Assembly: GCA_044892525.1 (NCBI GenBank)
Contig: CM097885.1
Coordinates: 157,170,001-157,234,000, forward strand
Origin: Schmidtea polychroa
Lineage: Eukaryota
Direction of reading: 5' to 3'
DNA length: 64,000 nt
The notes below the pieces were generated by a model. The model had not been told where the DNA came from and made no database searches. It worked only from the letters and a program-made list of their open reading frames with translations. Of the stretch, positions 63,001-64,000 are shown one piece after another. A program made the translations under genes and the position numbers. Numbering within the stretch: position 1 is the first letter of the stretch; every line of letters begins with the position of its first letter.

Positions 63001-64000
63001 GTTGTCATGGTAACACCGACTCGCATGTAGTTATGTAATATCCTTATTTTCTATGCATGCTGACATTCGTCATTATATCTGTTGAGGTGCAGGTGTCCTT
63101 TAAATTGTTATCAGCCTATGCCGGTGGAACACCTAATAATTCTGTTGTTTTAAGATTGAGAAATCAAATTCCTTGCTTCTACATGTAATCTCGTTAATTC
63201 TGAGAAACTTCAGGCGGTTACGTCATCGTACTATCAGTTGAAGTGTATGTGCGTCGTTGTGCAGGGGGACGAATGGATATGACGTGATGTTTGGACGTTT
63301 CGGTAGCTTAGCTTCAATCGACGTCACCGAAAATTTGCTGCTCTAACTGCAGATCAATTTATATGTTGTCTGGTGGAAATTTATCTAGTGCGCATACATG
63401 CAGTTATACTCTCAAGTCAAAACATTTGGAATCCCTGTAGGCTTCTCCAGAAAATCAGTAATATTAGACGAAACATGGAGAGAAAATTTATCGCAATGAG
63501 GACGGAGATTAATTATGCGTTTACTGAATACTACAATCAGATTCTCTCCTAGTGTATTAGTTCTAGATAACACCTGTCAATTCGTTCGCTCAGCGACGTC
63601 TACCTGAAACCGATACTCAAGATCTCTTATCAAACTACTAACGATTATTCCCTACACCTGACTCTAAGCTGGCTGAGATTGACCGGCGATTTCGCGATAT
63701 CTCCGACGACTATTTCTTTTAGACTCATGGTAAGTGTTTTGATAATTTATCACGAAATGTTGACTTTACTGACAGACAGAACGATTTTTTCTGATAACGG
63801 CGGATCAAGAGCGACAAGTTATCCTAAAAGTGCATCGGTGATGGATCTGACTGCTAATGCCCTGGCGATACAAATCCTGGAAATCTTCAATTCTTATGAC
63901 AATTAATACGAGGCTTGTTGGAATTTTTACGAAAAATGCAGATCTCTATTAACGGATGTTTAAACACCTGCTGTTCGAAAACGTGAACAATAGACTGTTC
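63001..64000 (+). pseudogene. Long decayed reading frame of unknown family (runs to window edge)
   Basis: One frame reads about 330 codons with only scattered stops (e.g. KFAALTADQFICCLVEIYLVRIHAVILSSQNIWNPCRLLQK...; SDNGGSRATSYPK); GC higher than flanks. Confidence 0.45.

Noticed and set aside
1-64000. rRNA, tRNA or prokaryotic operon/defence systems
   Set aside because: No cloverleaf or rRNA-like segments were recognised. The spliceosomal gene structure shows the DNA is eukaryotic.

Overview
AT-rich, gap-riddled eukaryotic (invertebrate) scaffold. Minimal 42-57 nt introns mixed with multi-kb introns, (AAT)n microsatellites and the transposon mix resemble a planarian-type flatworm genome (inference only). 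There are two host genes on the + strand. The first is a multi-exon Eph receptor tyrosine kinase (~2.2-23.9 kb) with LBD, Cys-rich, 2xFN3, TM, YIDPxxYEDP juxtamembrane, kinase, SAM and PDZ tail. The second is a two-RRM RBMS/Shep-like RNA-binding protein (36.4-53.0 kb). Around and inside them lie many mobile elements: a degenerate Ty3/Gypsy provirus, a 2-kb gag-only mini-LTR element with AGTTA...TAACT LTRs, and a solo LTR inserted into an HSP90 5' fragment. DNA elements include Tigger, Tc2-like, hAT, hATm-like, Merlin and piggyBac derivatives, several with intact TIRs and TSDs. The most unexpected signal is an unrecognised ORF family (L[KR]xCFSCxDK, coiled coil, GTWFxxxQMK, basic tail) present three times: ~31.1 kb (+), ~54.9 kb (-), and intact at 61.7-62.5 kb (-). 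The intact copy sits in a compact, intron-poor, virus/Polinton-like cassette with an IAP-type RING ORF at the right end of the window.
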